Assembly (NCBI RefSeq): GCF_040938485.1
Contig: NW_027271517.1
Location: 248,001 to 312,000 of the forward strand
Length of the DNA stretch: 64,000 bases
Direction of reading: 5' to 3'
From: Diadema antillarum
Taxonomy: Eukaryota
Below, in pieces: positions 61,301 through 64,000 of the stretch. The position numbers and the translations under genes were made by a program. Below the pieces are notes generated by a model. It ran no database searches and was not told where the DNA came from. It saw only the letters and a program-made list of their open reading frames with translations. Within the stretch, counting starts at the first letter, position 1, and each line of letters begins with the position of its first letter.

Positions 61301-62593
61301 TTTTCCAATTTGTATAACTTCTACAAATTTCTGTTAAGATGAGCATAATAGTAGTCAAAGTTAAAGAGGAATGCCAAGCTTTGTTTCGATATAAATTGTA
61401 TGACGAATCTATTTTCAAATTTTCGTTTGAATAATCAGTTGCTACATTAATGTAAAGACATGACTTTTGCACATAAAACCGTGACAGAAACTTAGAATGT
61501 ATGAGCAAATCTAGTTGGGAACACCGCTTGATAGTCAATCTTCACATAGAATGCAAGCCGTATATGAGAGGAACAAAGGCACGAGAAACGTTTTCATTGT
61601 GCCGCGGGATTAGCAGTGATTAGCTTTTTATCGATCGGTTTTGGCGGCTTTGGTTGTTGAGCAGAATATGCGAAGTTGGCACGCCGTCGACTGAGTCAGA
61701 CGTGCGAACGTGGCACATTAAGAGTTAAGGTATACAGGTGGAGGAAAGTGTCATCATTCAATAAAGCGATTCGTTTGATGGGATAACAGCCTCTTGGCAA
61801 TATGGTTTCTTACAGTTCTGCCTTATTTTTAACTGAAGGAACAAAACACATACATACACACAGATAGACAACTTGAACTTCGAAGTGTTTTCAGTATCAT
61901 TTGGCCAAGGAGGACAACACAATGGGACTGTAACAAGACAGAAACAAATTTAATGGACAAAGAAGGGGTTACCTGGGTAGGGAAGTTTAGAGAAGTTGAG
62001 ACAAGAATACTTCGTGTTGACCCAACAGTGAAGGTTTATCAGAATATAGCATGCCAGTGAGAAGGATTGAAGATTATTATCTCCCGAAGTATTACTTTGA
62101 GGAGTTGTATTTTACAATTTAGGTTTAATCTAGTGTCTGCTCATTTGTCAATGTACGATGGCTGACTTTGATATTCTTCTGAAATGAAATTATTGCTCAA
62201 GAGTTCTAGGGTAGAGGTAGCTCCACCCTTTCTTTGCCAGGGACTTTGGACGGTGTTTACAGAGCTATGAGGTTTCTGTGACAATCTGTACTCGAAGCAA
62301 GCAAAGGGTTAAGAGTGACAGCTGTTTCTCACTGATACACAGTGCAAATTCGTCCTCATTTATCTCTAACACTCTAACTTTCTGGCTGGATTTTTATTTA
62401 TATATATATTTTTTTGCAGCCCAACTGCTATGCCAAGATCATCTCGGTGGAGGCGCAGAAGAAGATTGTGATCTACTCCAAGCAGGCCATCAACGTCGGC
62501 GACGAGATCACGTACGACTACAAGTTCCCCATCGAGGAGGAGAAGATCCCGTGCCTGTGCGGCGCCTCCCAGTGCCGCGGGACGCTCAACTGA
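43350..62593 (+). CDS. SETD1: Histone H3K4 methyltransferase SETD1 (Set1/COMPASS catalytic subunit, SETD1A/B-like), ~2100 aa
   Basis: Exons 43350-43487, 44193-44294, 44946-45216, 46345-48809, 51013-51882, 52486-52632, 53309-53465, 53876-54280 (spans an N gap), 54757-54892, 55671-56052, 56587-57079, 57638-57822, 58412-58537, 60700-60957, 62420-62593 (6309 nt, in frame). Motifs: N-terminal YKLLSDP..KLYRYDG, RRM ([15 protein letters not shown]), [29 protein letters not shown] motif [51 protein letters not shown], post-[16 protein letters not shown]. Confidence 0.97.
50305..50906. mobile_element. ~600-bp MITE with GGG...CCC termini (Harbinger-like)
   Basis: TIR GGGTGGTATTCTGAAA / TTTCAGAATACCACCC with internal repeats of the TIR core. 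No clean TSD (ctg / gta). Confidence 0.7.
53962..54129. other. Assembly gap (N) inside a SETD1 coding segment
   Basis: 168 Ns; the frame is preserved across the gap. Confidence 1.
57080..57637 (+). other. U12-type (minor spliceosome) AT-AC intron in SETD1
   Basis: 5' site ATATCCTTTT at 57080; branch site TTCCTTGAC at 57614-57622; terminal AC at 57636-57637, 16 nt after the branch A. Splicing restores [29 protein letters not shown]. Confidence 0.93.
57981..58076. mobile_element. ~100-bp hairpin element (copy 1)
   Basis: Self-complementary arms gagaatgataagggtgtta / taacgcccttctcattctc; second copy at 61051-61148. Confidence 0.5.
58775..60089 (+). mobile_element. HINE-like family B with seven ~160-bp diverged monomers, in a SETD1 intron
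   Basis: SubTIR atacccccgcc (58777-58787) / ggcgggggtat (60052-60062). 5' inverted repeat gggggtata, (GGTC/GGGC)n microsatellite at ~58820-58880, 3' stem-loop atcac-cttca-gtgat (60065-60079), end ctagtt. Confidence 0.8.
61051..61148. mobile_element. ~100-bp hairpin element (copy 2)
   Basis: Arms gtgagaatgagaagggtgttaag / cttaacgctcttctcattctcac; same orientation as 57981-58076. Confidence 0.5.
61216..61724. mobile_element. TTAA-flanked MITE (piggyBac-like ends)
   Basis: TTAA|ctcattttgtgccatg ... cgtggcacattaagag|TTAA. Confidence 0.6.
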
Positions 62594-64000
62594 GGACGGA
62601 CGTCGGCTCGGCGAGTAGGAGAAAGAATACCGTACCTCTGGGTCCAAGACAAACTTGTGCTCGCGGAAATTTTGTCCCAATGCAATATGGATGGATGGCT
62701 TTATCTTGGTCGCCATTCGAGAGCATCGCTGTGAAAGCGTCCACAAGGAAGGAGAGAGTGGGAGATGTTCTGAAATGTTGAGACATTCAATGCCCTCACA
62801 GTATTTCTACTAGTGTATGATGTTTCATTGTGATAAAGTGCCAAGAGTGTTGCTATGATACTTTCTTCTTTTTTCTTCTTCTTCTCCATCTTCTGCTTCT
62901 TCACCTCCTCCTTTTCTCCTTTCCTTTTTGTCTTCTCTGTTGTTCATTTATTTTTCTTCCTCCTCCTCTTTTCCTTTTTTTTTCATGGGGAGGGAAATTG
63001 ATGGGAAATAAAACATGCTGTCATGTGTGCAGGAATGTCACTTAATTAAGTTGTGTGGGTTTTGATACTTACGTCAGTCACTGTGGTCAGTTTGCAGAGG
63101 TCTGCTGCATAGGGAAATTTTGAAGTAAGCTTACACATTTTAAAAAAATTCTCCTTTGTTCTTTTGTTGTTTTCTAAGGATGTGTTCTATTTTTGCTTTG
63201 CTTCATGTTGGACAAGAAGTCTGTCGTGTACTCATCTTCCATCTTTCTAAGTAATGCCGGTCAGTCCACTGTCCAGTCCACAGTCCAGTTCCTCTTCCAG
63301 ATTTGGCAATACAACACCGTAGTTTACTCTAGACATAGCTTGAGCCAGTCTCTTGCAGACCCTTAGACATGGGCGTAGCTCTACAGTTGAGCGAGTTTAG
63401 AGTTTTGGCTATCGTGGCGATTATTTTTTTTTTTCTTAGCTTTTAGCTATGTGTGAACTTAACCTGTTATTGTCCTTTCAACAACTGTCTGTTTTCAGAT
63501 TCTCTTGAATACGATTTGATGGGGAAAAAAAAGACTGACATAAAGGAGCAAGCTACCAACAAAGGGACATTCAATGCATTCCTAATCTTAAATGTTTAGT
63601 AATTGAAATTACCATGGCAACAGCCACTGATAGAGCAATTGTTGCAAGCAGTGGTTGACATTGTTGCAAGGTATATCACCCATGAATCTTTGAACTCATA
63701 AATGGGGTATGGGGTATGTGCTAATACCAATAATTTTTGAAAATCAAATGGGGGGAGGGGAATGATGGTATTGTGTAATGGCTTGGCAATATTAGAAGTG
63801 CATAACGAGACAAATTTGCCAACAAGGAAGAGTAGATTTAACCAATATTTGAATGTTGCATTATTGTTGTTTTGATCACATTATTGACAATGTCCACTGC
63901 TTTTGCCATCATGACTACATCAATTCTGTTTGATTTCCATTGGGGGAGAAGTTAAAAGCAAATATCAGTTGTATTCATGGAGGGAAATGCAACGTGTTTA

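Noticed and set aside
1-64000. tRNA, rRNA, snRNA or snoRNA genes
   Set aside because: No cloverleaf, rRNA-like block or convincing C/D box pair was seen by eye. tRNAscan-SE and Infernal would be needed to exclude them.

Overview
Animal genomic DNA (AT-rich introns, GC3-rich exons, three N gaps). The repeat types suggest a marine invertebrate deuterostome, probably a sea urchin (inference). Three protein-coding genes are present. (1) The 3' nine exons of NADPH-cytochrome P450 reductase (POR, + strand, 2132-10847). (2) A multi-exon minus-strand gene I cannot name. Twelve phase-compatible exons from 37573 to 20054 give about 995 aa: a helical N-terminal third plus a long acidic/Ser-Pro disordered tail. 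(3) A near-complete SETD1/Set1 H3K4 methyltransferase (+ strand, 43350-62593, about 2100 aa), head-to-head with the unnamed gene. Most notable observations: an apparently identical 2176-bp tandem duplication of most of the unnamed gene's large exon, whose breakpoint sits at the inner edge of a MITE terminal repeat and creates a chimeric, truncated exon; three Helentron-type non-autonomous elements of two families, each carrying a ~160-bp satellite (one packed with AGGTCA DR1/NR5A-type sites, the other with an invariant RFX X-box per monomer); and a textbook AT-AC U12 intron in SETD1. No rRNA, tRNA, CRISPR array or autonomous transposon ORF could be supported. I found no clearly new system; the findings are candidates, and all gene models are manual and lack transcript support.
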